A stretch of DNA of 64,000 bases from Vicugna vicugna (taxonomy: Eukaryota), in contig MU057887.1 in the NCBI GenBank assembly GCA_013265495.1, positions 817,985 through 881,984 on the forward strand. Direction: 5' to 3'. The position numbers and the translations under genes were made by a program. Shown here piece by piece: positions 24,476-37,600 of this stretch; position 1 is the first letter of the stretch, and each line of letters begins with the position of its first letter. The notes below the pieces were generated by a model that was not told the DNA's origin, searched no databases, and saw only the letters and a list, made by a program, of their open reading frames with translations.

Positions 24476-27400
24476 AGGCAAGAAATTAACTTTGTAATTT
24501 TTAGCTGCTTGGATCTGGGGGGTTGTTACTGCAGCGTGAACTAGCCTACCCTAACTTGATAAGAGCGTCCACGTGGATGGAAGGGATTGGAGACGAGCCA
24601 GTCCTGGGGAGGGAACCAGGGAAGCTGGCTCCAGGTATCTGGAATGGGAGGATGTGGAGGCCTGATCGGGGGTGTGGTGATAAGGCTGGAAATAGGAGGA
24701 CAGATCTGAGAGGAAAGAATCTGAGAGAGACAGGAATGCTCAGGGCTGTTTTCCCTTTGGTGGGCCGGTTGTGCTTGACTGTTGGTGTCGTTTGGGGAAA
24801 GAAGTTAGCTTTGCATTGTTGCCTTAACCATTTCAAGGACTATTTTTGGTATTTATATCAGTGATTTTGAGCAGAGATTAAAATACCAGGAGGCGGTAAA
24901 CTCCCTGTGTCTCCCCTAGCCCCCACCCCCTACCCCAGCTCCTGGCACCTGCCGTGCCTGGCCGAGCGCTGTCCGTTTTTAGGGATGAACAAATGAGTAT
25001 TCTTAAATATGATTTTTTTTTCTACAGTTAAACTTCTCCAAGCTATTTAATGCTACATTTGCTTCTCTTCCATTTTCCTCTGACCTTTATAGGGAGATCA
25101 GGAGCAAAAACGATAATAAAATAGTAATACAGTGCAGCGGGTGTAAACTCCTTTAAAAAGGCGAGAATTGAACGTGACGTCGCATTAGAGCACAGTTTGT
25201 GCTAGAAAGTATCCATCTTCCTGTTTTTGAAACTCCTGAACCCCGGGACTAGAACATGTTATACAGGCCTTTGCGCTTTGCTTTTTTACCATACACCTAC
25301 CTCTTCCCTGCTTGCGCCTAGTCAGTATTAGTAATCACATTAAAAATCTGTTTTAAGCTACACCCCAGGGAATAACGAAAGTTGGTTGCTTGTCTAAATG
25401 GTCTTCAATTAAAGTTGAAAAAAATCAGGCCGTTGTGATGCAGATATTTTAAAAATGTTGGCTTAAACAGAAGAGGCTGATTTAAGTGCAGTCAGGTTGG
25501 AGCTGTTTGTGCTTAAAGGGATTAAAGTATGATCTGGCTTTTTTAAAAAACCACATCTGTCTGGGATGTTGTAGGTGTGGTCCTAACTTTAAGCAGGTGA
25601 ATGGGCCACATAAGCCTTTAAGAGTCTTCTGACTCCCAGGGTTTCCTGATTTTCAAAATATTTCCTATTTAAACGTATGCTTTCACTTCACTTTATGGTT
25701 TCAGTGAGCTGAACAACAAAAAATAATCACAAAAGATGACATCATACTCTTGAAAATTACAGAAAAAGTGAAATGCTTGAAATTAAAGGTGAAAAAATAA
25801 ACTAGTTCTCATGCTCGCTCTTGTCATGGCATTTCTTTTTCTTTGCCACCCTTGTCTGCTCTGCATTTCTTTCTTCAGGGCCAGGCCCCTCAGCTTCCTT
25901 CCTCTGTATGTGCGCTGCCTGACAGAGGGCCTGGCCCCGGAGGTGCTCAGATAATCGCCAACACCTGCCCTTTCTGCAGGGGCGGGACTGCTGTTTCTTA
26001 CTTGTCTCTTCGTAATGATGGATGACAGATACAGTGGGTTGTTTTGGTCAAAAGTAAATGTATTCAGTAGAATCCTTTTGACTGTTATATTTTCTTTGCT
26101 TCATGTTGCTAACTACACACGCACAGACGCAGACATGCAGACCCTTTGAATGTGACGTCCTTGAACGTGTCTCTGCACTGAACTTGCTCTTCAGCTGAAA
26201 CGCTGTTCTCTCCCTGGTTGGCTGATCGCAGTCTGCTGCGGGGCCTGCTAGGCTTCCTGGACGACGCCCAGACTTGGCCCGGTCAGGGCGCTTCCTTCTG
26301 ATTTCTCTCAAGCTGGCTCACGAAAGGCTGGGCCAGAGTATTTTAAGGATGGAGTGAGTGCAGGGAGTCCTGGAGCAGGAGCTGAAGGGCCTCAGGGAGC
26401 CCGCAAGCCCGGGGAGCAGCACTGCGCCACCGTCCGTCAGAGGCCACCCAGCCTCGCGGGCTCCTCTCTCTTCAGACGTCCTTCTGTTTTGCTTGTGGCG
26501 TCGGGGGGCTGCCCACCTGACCCCTCTGCATCCTGACCTCACTGCTCAGGGCTGCTACTGACAGAGCCCGTCCCTCTGGGTTTTGGTTCCACATCCTAGG
26601 TGAGAAGGAGTGTGTGTCTTCTCTTGGGTCTGTCTCCATCCTTGCTGTAGGTCCCCCGCTTCTCAGTGTGGACCCTGGACCGAGCAGAGAGGCACCCCCC
26701 TCCCCAGGGCTTTGTCTGAAACTCACAACCCCGGGCTCCGCCACACCCTGCCTGAATCACAGTCCCTGGGCGATTTGAACGCACAGTGAAGTTGAGGCGC
26801 CCGGCCGGGCCGTGGCCACTCCTGCACGGACAGCCGCGCCGCACTGCTTCCCGAGGGAGGAGGCCGGGATGAGGGTGCTAGTCCGGAACAAACCTCGCAG
26901 GTGACCTTGCCTGTGGCCGTCCCTCCCTCTCTTTCCCACGCCGGCAGCTCTCTTGGGGGACAGTGGACCCTGGGCAGAGTATCTTGGGGTCACGGGGGTG
27001 TGGGTGTGAGAAGGCTGTGGGAGAGAAATCCAAGCTGGAGCGTGTTCGGCACGGAGGGGCGCCGGGGGGCGGGCCCGCTGTGTCTTGGGGAGAGCAGGAG
27101 GCAACTGGCTGGAAGAAGAGATTTTGGTTTTGGAGGCTCCCCAGAGATACGGCTGTGGATGAAGGTTTGGTCAGGATTACGGAAGGCCTTTGACGAGCGA
27201 GCTGGGCATCTGGACTTCATCGCTTTGGCCGCTTTGCTCGAACACAGGGCCGTCCTGCAGCCTTCGAGTTCTAGGCCTTTGTGTTTTCTTTTCTCTCTGC
27301 CCGACTCCCGGAGGGCGGCCGGGCTCACCCCCTCGTTGCCTTGAGGGTTTTGTTCATCTTACCAGAGGCCTTTCCTGCCTCTCCTCCCTTTAAATGTCTC

Positions 27401-29499
27401 CCTCCCCCCCCGCCCCCCCACCTTTGGCACTCGCTCCCCTGCTGTCGCACGTGCCATCTGTCATACTGTGTATTTACATGATGTGTTTGGGCTTTTGTCT
27501 GCTCCCCACCCCCACTGGCAGTCCTAGAACGTGGGTACCATGAGGGCAGGCGCAGCCCACGTGTCCCCCCGTCACTGTCCCAGTGCCCAGCTCAGCACCA
27601 CGCACAGCGTGGCTGTCCCCGCGGACTCACTCCCCGGGCGGGGATTTGTAGGGGCCTCGGGTAGCGTGAGAGGTCAGCTGCGTTGGGTCCTTCACCACCT
27701 TTTCCTACCCCGTGTCTCCCAGGCTCCCCTTGCTTCTTTCCTCGGGCTCTGGAGTCTTACCGGAGAAAATTCGATACCTGATTAATGGGTTCTGCTCCAA
27801 AATTTTGCCAGCCAGGTCCCCTGGGCCTTGCCAGCAGCTGTGTCCTCGGCATTAACCTGCTGCGCTGGCCTGACAGCTTTCCCTCGGATTCCACAGCTGA
27901 CCCGGGCCACGTTCACCTTCTACAGAGCATCTGCGTCAGGGTCTGAGCTGAGCCCCAGCACCTGCCTTCTCTGGGTCTAAGCTCTGCGCTGAGCCGCCGC
28001 CCTGTCTCCTTGCAGTGGGAGGGGTCCCTTCAGGCCCGAGCCTCCCTCTCACTCGGCCTCCTCTCCCTGCCAGCTGGTCCTCCCAGAGGCAGGGCATTTG
28101 TGGGGACTTGGTGCGAGGGTTTCTGTCAGCAGGACTTCTTTCGTACGAAATGTTTGCAACAACCGTCCCCTCTTGTACCTTTGACGTTGAGTCTGAACTC
28201 AGAAGACACCTACGCACGTCCGGCTCGCCCCGGTCTGCTTGTCCTGGCAGTCTGGCCTCGCAGCCTGGCTCCCCGTGGCCCTCCTTGGTCTGTCACCAGG
28301 GGCACTTCTGCTGACTTCCCCCCCCATCACCCACTGTGGTAAATTTAAGTGAAGATAGGGTCTTCTCTTTTTCGGAGTCAGCCCCTTGCGTGCTTTGGTG
28401 AAGAGGGACTAAACAAGCTTTTAAGCAACCAAGGAATTTATTCAAAACTGTTAAAATGAGACTCTCTGGATGGAACAAATAACAAAATTCCCAAACCACA
28501 CATATGTTTAGTGAGCTGTGTACTCACTTGAAGTTCACAGACACTTCTGCTGCTCACACATGCTGTCGAGTCCTCAGCGTCAAACAACTATAACGTCAAC
28601 CCCATATGCTGGCGCAGCAGCGCCCGCAGAAATTCTTACCCGTTTTCAACTTCATGGGATTTTGATTGTGAACAGCCTGACGTCCTTAGAATATGTTGTT
28701 CATTTATCAATCCGTTAATTGTCAACAACCATTGTTTCCAGTAATCCTCTTCTTTACAATATAAATGATCTTAGGATCATTTTTAAATTTCGTGCATGAT
28801 AAAATTCCCTCTCAGGGTTATTGAAGAGCTGTGCCGACAGGAAAGCAACGCAGAGGAAAGTGCGCCTGCCTGTGGAAGCGTTCCGGGGATCAGAGGAGAC
28901 TCCAGCTTGGTCCCGGAATGCACTTCTTCGCAGAGCGGTGGCAAAAGGAAATACCTGACTTAGTGCAGGGATGATAAAAAGCAGTAGGTTGCAGCAGACC
29001 GTCCGAGTGATGGTTAGAGATGCGGCGAGGAGGACGGCAGGCCTGAGAGCTGGGGAGGCCTGGCAGGCTTTTCAGTGAAGCCAGACGTTGTCAGCAGCCA
29101 CGGAGAGAGGATAATTCACCTGTGCATGAGCTTGTCTTCGAGGATTTGGGGGGCACTTAACTCCTCTACACCCAGTTTCTCGCTGCACGAAGGTGCTCTG
29201 GAAGCTGGGACGGATGGCTGAATGTTGCTGTTTCTGCGCCCTGTGTCCACTTGCGCCTCAGCACTGCCCAAATTTCCCGCTCTGGGTTATGTAAATCTTC
29301 CATGCAAATCGTCTAGAATTCCCTTAAGTTATGAATCACCCCTGAAACATACGTTATTTCCTAGCCAATCGCAAATCTTAATCTTGCTGTTCAAAAATAC
29401 TGGTTGTTCTTAAAAAGGCACAACTCAAAGGGCAGCGTTCTTAGTGAAAATTGTCCCTGCGTATGACGTGCCAAGCAAGAGGACTCGGCTTCATGAGGG

Positions 29500-30610
29500 T
29501 GGGATTTCTCCCCCTATTAATCAAAATTTAATATGTTTGCAGTAATAGTCTCGGGTTTTTTTATTTTTTGAGCTAGAGAAGTTTATTGTAAGGTTTATTT
29601 AGATGAATAAATGAGCAGTAATAACCCCAAAAAAGTCCCTGAAAAAGAAAATGATTGATTACCCCAGATAGTAAGACATAAAGCGTCCACAACTAAAAAC
29701 AGTATGTTGTAGGTACACGGAGAAACAGGCTAAGGGAACAGAATGCAAACATCCAGAAACAGATACAAGTGTTTTGGGAAATTTAGTGTAAGACAAGGGT
29801 GGCATCTCAGGTCGCTGGAGGAGAAGGACCGTTTTGTAACTGGTGTAGGGACACCTGGATACCCGTCATCTTTTGAAAAAATGGAATCCATCTGTTGTAC
29901 CACACATCGGTTTGGATGAATTCCACATGTCGGAAATACAAATGCAAAAACACCTGGAACCTACACGCGTTAGGAGAAAACATGAATGAGTTATTTTACG
30001 TTACAGACTTATACCACATTCTGAAAGCAGTAACAGAAAAGCTTGATAAATTTAAATATACTTTTTAAAAAAGCCTTTGCCCAGCACAAAACAAATAAGC
30101 AAAGTAAAATGATAAATGACAAAATGAGGGAACATATTTGCCACTTAAATCACAAACAGAAAGCTAATATCCATAATACACACTTTCTCAAATTAAGAAA
30201 AAGACCAGTAGCCCTACCAAAAAAAAGTATAAAAGATATGAATAATTTACAGAACAGTAAATGCAAAGGGCCCTCAAACTAATGAAGAGGACTCAATTTC
30301 GCTCATCAAAAGACAAATGCACACTGAACTATACACTGAGGTGCTGTTTCTCACCTATTCGACAGTAAGCATGATTGACAAGACTCTGGGGTTGTAGACA
30401 TTCTCATCTGTTGTGGTGGAAATATAAAGTGGAACAAGAATTCGATAGTTTCCAGCAAAATTAGTATGCATTTACTCTTTGACTCGGCAGTCTTGCTTTC
30501 AGGACACTTTCCCGTAGACCAGCTTAACGTGATTAATTGCATCATTATTTACAATTCAAAGAAGTTAGGAACGACGCAGTGTCCCTCAGCAGGGAGTTGT
30601 GGGACGCTGG
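29500..30610 (+). mobile_element. Old L1M ORF2 3'-half remnant
   Basis: A-rich sense strand with degenerate L1 landmarks (ccagaaacagatacaagtgttttgggaaatttagtgtaagacaagggtggcatctc; aatgcacactgaactatacactgaggtgctgtttctcacctatt). Confidence 0.7.
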
Positions 30611-31039
30611 GTTGTATACAGTAAGGGAAGCTGACCTGAATGAAAACCTGTGAGAGTGCCAGGGAGTTTACAAAATAGGGAAACTTTTTTGATGGAACAC
30701 AGGGTACAGCTATGTTGGTTGAATAAAAAGTAAACTTTGCCGTAAGTATATTGCCAGTCTATAAATACATCTCTAAATAAGGATACCCAGATGCAGTTTC
30801 ACAGAGCAGGCTGTGTCCCAGATGGTAAGACTCACAGCCGATGGGGTGGGTCTCAGCGTTTCTGTGCTAATAATGCAGAGCCTACTGTGCGTCAGGTCCT
30901 GCGCTTTGGGCTTGTCTTTCCCGGGAGAGGTACGACCCCTGTTTTACAGACGAAGAAGAACCAAAGTCATGGAAGTAATTTGCCCAAATCAGTGACAGCA
31001 GAGTCTGCGTGAAACCTATATCTGTTTGAATTCCATCCT

Positions 31040-31400
31040 GAGCAGAGTTGTTAAAAAAAAAAATGTAGATTGCAACCCATTAGTGGAATATGAAACCAGT
31101 TTAATTGGTTACAGCCAGAATTTTTTAAAAATGAAGCAGGGTAAGATGGAACAGAAAATGTTTCATGTATCACATAAGGTTTTAGCAAGAACTGCACATA
31201 TTGCAATAAATATTGTAGCCAGTTGGGACAAATGCTGCGAGAAAGATGGGGGAGGGTAGGTGATAAATGCACACGCTGACCCAGCGTGCCCACACATGTG
31301 AGTTTCTGTAGGAGGCTGTGTATGTATATGTGTATTAGGCTCAATATAAAATGTGTTTCTTACTGCTGTCTTTAAGTTCCAAAGAATTTAAGTAACATTG
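31040..31400. mobile_element. hAT-Charlie non-autonomous DNA transposon, MER112-like
   Basis: gcaacccattagtggaatatgaaaccagtttaattggttacagccagaattttttaaaaatgaa and tgtgtattaggctcaatataaaatgtgtttcttactg resemble the two halves of MER112 as I recall them. Confidence 0.5.
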
Positions 31401-32329
31401 CAGGGACTCTCTTGTTAAGCTGGCGGGTAGCCAGGCTGGGTTCTAGAGTGTCCTTCAATGGGGCAGGTACAAGGGTTCTCTGCAGAGCACGTGTCCAGCC
31501 CAGCCTGGGAGCGACCCCCTGTGAAGGGCTGGTGGCCATGGGAGCCCAAGAGGGCGTTGCTACCAGGCCCACTGCAGGATCAGAGAAGGCATCTCAAGGA
31601 GAGGGAAGCTAAGGGCCAGGACCCAGCATCCTCACCCTCTCCATCCCTGCCCTGCCCGTTAGCCAGTGTTTCCTCCGATCGCATGACCTGGGAAGGCCCC
31701 CCTGCTTCCCTCACCGTTCCTGCGTGGCCTTCCTGAAACCGTTCGCTTGGAAAAAGAAGACCACCTTCCCGTACGGAAGAACTTCAGCCACTCGGGAAGA
31801 TGCTCGGCCAGCTGTTCGGGCTCCTCGGGGCTACCTCTTCCCCATTCCTTCCTTGGCAGAGTGTGACCACCTTCAAGGGACCACAGCATCTTGGGCCCTC
31901 TCCTCTTCAGGCCTGTCAGAGAAGCATCCCTGAAAGGCCCCATGGGCTGTTCCAGCCACTCTGGCGGCCCTTGTGACGGACTTCTGAGTCCAGGGGGCCA
32001 CAGACATTTCCATCTTCTCTAGAGCCTCCCCCGGGGCTGCCTCCTTTTTCCCTCTCTTCCTTCACACCAGTGCTGGAGAGGGTCTAGACACAGAGCTGTG
32101 CTGCGTGGTCTGCCTCTTTCTGCATGACTGACCCAAGGGTCCTTCCCACAGTGAGGTCAGCACAGAGGCTCTGCCAGAGGGAGCGCGCCCACCAGGGAGG
32201 CGTCCAGGAGGCCCAGCGGTGACTTGTCCCTCTGACAGCCCTGGCCGAGTAGGGGGCCTTCTTCCTTCCTCTTCTCAGAGGGCTGTTTCTTTCTTCTGAG
32301 CCTCTTTTTTTTTTCTTTTTTACAGTTCT

Positions 32330-33829
32330 TTGAATTTTTAAAATATGTAGATTCATATAAAACATGTAGCTTCATGTAACCACTGCTACCACAATCAAGA
32401 TACAGAGCAGTTCCGTCACCCCAAGTATCTCTCTCGTGTTGTCTCTGTGTAATTACACCCTTTCCTCACCCATAACCCCGGGCAACCAGTGATCTCTTTT
32501 CTACCACTATGGTTTTGTCTTTCTGAAGGTTTCATATAAATGGAATCTCATAATTTGTAACATTTTAGGACTGACTTCCCACCCTCATCATAGTGTCTTT
32601 GAGAGTTGTCAGCCGAGGGAGGCTGACATGGGGTTCTAGGAGGTGAGTGGCCCAAATGAAAAAATGCACAAGGAGTTGCCATACTGCCAGACAGACTTCA
32701 GCCGGAGACACCACGGCATTAACAACACCTTATTACCACAGGGAGGGAGGTGCGCGCCTATGGTGCACCTGTCCTGCTTTTATCTGTTCTCTGCCAGCAC
32801 ATGCGCAATCTGCGTTTCCTTGTTCATTAGGCTTACAGAATATCTCTGGCACGTGCGTACTTCTATTTTCTTTGTCCCAAATCTTATGTAATTGACACAT
32901 GCGTACAGCAGTTATTTACTGCATACTACAAACATGCTCTGATTGTGGCCTTGGGTCCCACGGCCTTAACTCATCTCAAGGCCAGCTCACAAGAGTCATC
33001 AAGTTAACAAAAGTTAATTCCTGTTCACGACTGAGTAGTGTCTCATGGTATGGATAGACCACCGTTTGTTTATCCATTTACCCTCCGAAGAACATTTCTG
33101 TGGTTTCCAGCTTTTTAGCTTTCACAAATAAAGGTGCTATGAACATTTGTATTTAGGTCTGTTTTCATTTAGTGGGACTGCTGGGTTTGTCTGACAGTAT
33201 ATGTTTTATTTTATAGGATGCCAGACCATATTTGCCAGAGTAGTTGTTCCATTTTGCATTTCCACCAGCAATATATTGGAATTCCAGTTGCTCCACATCC
33301 TTGTTCGCACTTGGTGTTGTCCGTGTTTCTGTTTTGGCCGCGCTGCTCGGCGTGTGGTGGTGTGCCGCTGTGCTTCAGTGTGTATTTCCCTAATGCCTAA
33401 TTTCTGACATTGGGCGCTGCTTCGTGTGCTCAGTTCGTCACTTATCTCTTCTTTGATCAACTGTCTGTGCAGTCCTTGCCTGTTTTAAATTGAGTTGTTG
33501 AGTTTGCAGATCCTAGATACAATTTCTTTGTCAGATATGTGATCCACAATGTTTTCCCTCCGTCTGTAGTTTGTTTTCTCATTTTCTTGGCAGGGCTTTT
33601 GGCAGAGCAAGAGTTTTATAATTTTGATGAAGTTCGGTTTATCAGATTTTTCTTTTATAGATTGTGCCTTTAGTGTCATTCTAAGAACTCTGTGCCTAAT
33701 TCAGGATCACAAAAATTTTCTCGTGTGTTTTTTCCTGTAAGTTCTATAGTTCGTGTTTTACATTTAGATCTATGTTTCATTTGAGTCAGTCTTGTGTCAG
33801 ATGTAAAGCTGAGGTTAAGTTTTTTTTTC

Positions 33830-33862
<33 letters not shown>

Positions 33863-34640
33863 TGCATGGGGACAACCAGTTATTCCAGCACCATTTGTTT
33901 CAAACACTACCCTCCGTCTATCGAATCGCTTTGTCAGAAGTCCGGCGGCCCTGCTTGTCTGGGTCTTTCCCTGGGCGTTTGCTTCTATTCCAGTGGCCTT
34001 TGTAAAAGTCTTTCTCTTCACCAATACCACGTTGTCTTGATCACTGCAGATTTATATCAAGCCTTAAAATTGTGTAGTGTGATTCCTCCAACTTTGTTTT
34101 AGCCCAAACAATTCCCCCTTCTTTGCCTTTCCACGTAAGTTTCAGGGCGGCTTGTCTGTGGCCGGACAGAGGTGCGGTGCGACTGTAATGAGAGGCGCGT
34201 CAGACCTGCACCTCGCTTTTGGAGGGCTGGCGCCTTCACCACCCCGAGCCTTGCAGCCCACGGCAGCACGTGTGCTTCTCCTCGTTTAGGTAGTTTTTGT
34301 TTCTCTCGTTCGTGCTTCGTAGCTTTCAGTGCACAGAACCTGTTAGGTGCTTTGTTAGATTTATAGCTAAATGTTCCACTTTCTGAAGGGTGCTATTCTA
34401 AATGGTATTTTTAAAACAATTCAGTGCCTAGTTACTCATTGCCTGTATGTGGAAACACAGTTGGTTTTTGTGTGCTGACCTTGTCTTCTGTAGCCTTGCT
34501 AATATGCTTGCTTATTCGAGGGGCTTTAAAAAATAGAGTTCCTGAGATTTCGTGCGTAGATAAGCGTGTCCTCTTTGGCTAAGATGAGGCTGTGTTTCCT
34601 GCTTTCCAACCTGGACGCCTTTTACTGCTGTTCCTTGTCT
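32330..34640 (-). mobile_element. Old L1MC/MD-like element (3' UTR and ORF2 3' half), interrupted by a solo LTR
   Basis: catgtaaccactgctaccacaatcaagatacagagcagttccgtcacccc; cattttgcatttccaccagcaatat; ttccagcaccatttgtt; atggtatttttaaa are collinear antisense L1 landmarks. Confidence 0.85.
32607..32991 (-). mobile_element. 385-bp solo ERV-type LTR with 5-bp TSD (AGAGT), inserted into the L1
   Basis: Termini TGTCAGC...GCTCACA (TG..CA, 6/7 inverted match). AGAGT at 32602-32606 and 32992-32996. Removing the insert restores L1-like tttg-agagt-catcaagtt. Strand is inferred only from weak TATA-like and poly(A)-like motifs on the minus strand. Confidence 0.8.
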
Positions 34641-37600
34641 TACCGCGCTGCCGCGCCTTCCCCGATGACGCTATGGTCTCTCTCTCCCGTCTTCTCTGGG
34701 GGTGCCCAGTGGGAAGGGAGATCACTTTTTACTGAATGGAGAATTACTAAAACTGGAGATTAAAAAAATAATTACAAGAAAAGCAAAACCAAAAGAAAAA
34801 GAAAATGGCCAAAATTTTTTACAAAATACATGACCCAGCTATTGGAAGAACAAGAGAAAAATAGGCTTTGTTTATACACAGGCACACGTGTGTGTAAAGA
34901 TTCCCTCTTCTGGAATTAGCTTGGGAGAGTTCTTACGCCAGACCTTTAGTAGAACTGATTTATAGAGAAATGCAAAACCGTGCAGCAAAGCACCTTCTGG
35001 TCTTCTGGACAGAAGGGGCCAGCATTCTGGGGTGTGCAGGTGCCCCCTGCCGCTCTGTGACGGGGCTCCTGTCGGGTGCGGGCCTGGCCCGAGGTGTCGC
35101 CCTGGAAGCATTTTGAGTTACCACCTCCTGTTGACGTCTGCCGGTCTGTCACCGCACCTCTGTCACTGCTTCTCGTGGCCGTTTGTCTGGTGGAGGGAGG
35201 GCAGACACTGTGCCGTCTCTTCCAGTGTGTGTCAGTTTTCCAGTGAAGATGGTCTGGAGGCAGCACAGGAGCGGGCTGCCCAGGGGAGAGCTCTCAGGTC
35301 TCCCAGCCCCTGCTTGTGGAAACCAAAGCTGCCTTGGAGGAAGAGAAGACACCTGCTTTGTTGAAAGAGGCCAGTACTGTCAGCTTCCAGGTGTCCTCCT
35401 GGCATGCCGGCCTCTCCTAGGCCCGACCAGGGTGTGACAGCAAAGAAGCCAGCTCCGGAGAACCATCCAAGTCAAGTTCCTGAAAAGGCAAAAGGAGCCT
35501 CACGTGGTGTTGTCTCCTGCTTGTTTGCCTTCTGTGCTTTTTGTACTTAAAATTGCTGGTATCCAGGAGCACCAGCTGACGATGTGGATCTTAGGCCCCA
35601 CCATTTCTGCAGATTCTGACTGTGGGCTGGGGCCACCTCGGAGAAGCACTGCCCCTCGGTCCTTACCATCCTCAGAAAAAGGGGTGGCGTGGGGTGTGCA
35701 GGGGGAGAAAAGAGCTCTGGGATCTGCGCCACCAGGGGCCTCTCCATGCTCAGCTGGCAGCACCGGTTCTAAGATGGGGCTCTGTGTCCACGTCCCTGCG
35801 CGCATGCTCTGGACCTCACCAGAGGGACTGTTAGCCTCGGTGCTCCCTCTGTAGGTGGCCTAGTTGAGATTTTATGAGAAATTAAGACCAAAGTTAGAAA
35901 ATAAAAACACTGTGAGGGTTTATAGAAGGGTGTGCACTTGCTGGAAGTTTATATTTAGCCCAAAAGTCGTTCTTTTTAATCTGTTCAAACATTTACTTAT
36001 TTGCCTTTTGAGTCGTTCAGAAATAATTATTCTATAGTGTTTCTGTTTTATTAGAATACAGTTAACACTGGGAAATATGGCTAGAACGAGGTGACCACCG
36101 GGTGGCTTGGGCGGTTTCAGTCAGTGTAACAGCGCCTGTCCTCCTGTGTGACTGTTCATGACGCAGACACAGCCTGGAGTATCCCTGATGGAAGTTCTGT
36201 CACACAGAGCGCCTGAGAAGTCCTCATGCTTCGGGATTGTGTCTCGTTAGTGCCTTCTGTGGTGAACTTGGATCTTCAGCTTACTTAGCATAGAAATGCC
36301 CACAGTAGGTACTTAGGCGATGTCACTCAGCCCCTTACGACAAGCCTGGGAGGTGAGATTCGTGTCTTTCTGTGGTTGGTTAGAAACCTGGAGTTCGGGA
36401 GACTGAGCGGTGCTGCCGTGGGCGCTGACGTCTGGCCCTCCTGCAGCTCCATCCCGGTCTCACGCCAGTCTGCCGAGGACAGCCGGCGCAGAGAGCCCAG
36501 GGCTGCGGGCCATCGCCCTCGAGCGCGTCCCATGGTCTTTCTGAACTTCAGTTTCCATGTCCCTGAAACCAGCATGGTAACAGACTGTAGCCCTGTGGTT
36601 AACAGAGGTGATAGTCTGCGAAAATAAGCACCACAGTGTAAAGGCTGCAAGCGATTGTTTCCATTTTTTCTATCTAAAACTTAAGAAACATGGACCGTAT
36701 TTTACTACGACTTAAATTTGTTTCTCAGTAATAACTAATTTTTTACAGCATTTTACATTTTATGTAGCGCTTTCATATGCCCATCATCGAAGAAGGTTTG
36801 CAGAACAGTCGTTGGTGCTTCAAACACTCAAGAGTCACGGTGTGTGTGAGAAGAAATCAGTGGTTGGTGAAATATTAGAGGGGCTCCGAGTACCTCGGTG
36901 CCCAGTGTCGGCCCCTCCAGATAAACGCCTGCTGAGAATTGTAGAATGAGCCTTCCTGTTTCTAGAGAAGCAAAAATGGTTTCCGGCTAGTTGAGCAATC
37001 TGCCCTGCTGTTTGCCTTGGGACTTGTAACTCGCCCCTGTGCGTTGTGCATTTCTCAAGGTGAGCGTCAGAGCGGACAGCCCCTGCCGTTCTGCTGGAGG
37101 AGCCGAGTGTCCCCGGGGTTGGGCTGCATCGCAGCCCTTCTGTTCTTAAGGCCAAAGAGGAAAGGACAGGCGCCCTTTTTCTCAGAATTGCACCAGCAGG
37201 TGGGAGCGGTGGGTTTTTGAAAGGGCTCTGCAGGACGAGGATTGTACTTTGCAGGTATGTGCGTTTCATCTGAGCAGCCTTCTTTTTTTTTCTCCTTTAC
37301 GCTTTTTCCTTTCAGAAAAGTTCACGTACCGTAGCCATGCAGAGGTTTTCATACAATCTGCAGAAGTCCATGAATTCCCTAAGACCTGTTTTTGGACCTC
37401 AGTGTTAGAGCTCTGCTTTAAGGGAATGAAACTGTGATACGGAAGAAAAGTTTGGACCTGAAGCCCAGGCCAGTCCGGGTTCTAAGCCCTGTACGTACTC
37501 AGGTGCTTGGTAGCCGTGTGCTTTAGGGCCAGAAGATTGAGCCCGTTTTCTCAGTAGAGATAGTGGAGAAAAAGAATAACGTGCATTGTATTTTGCGAAG

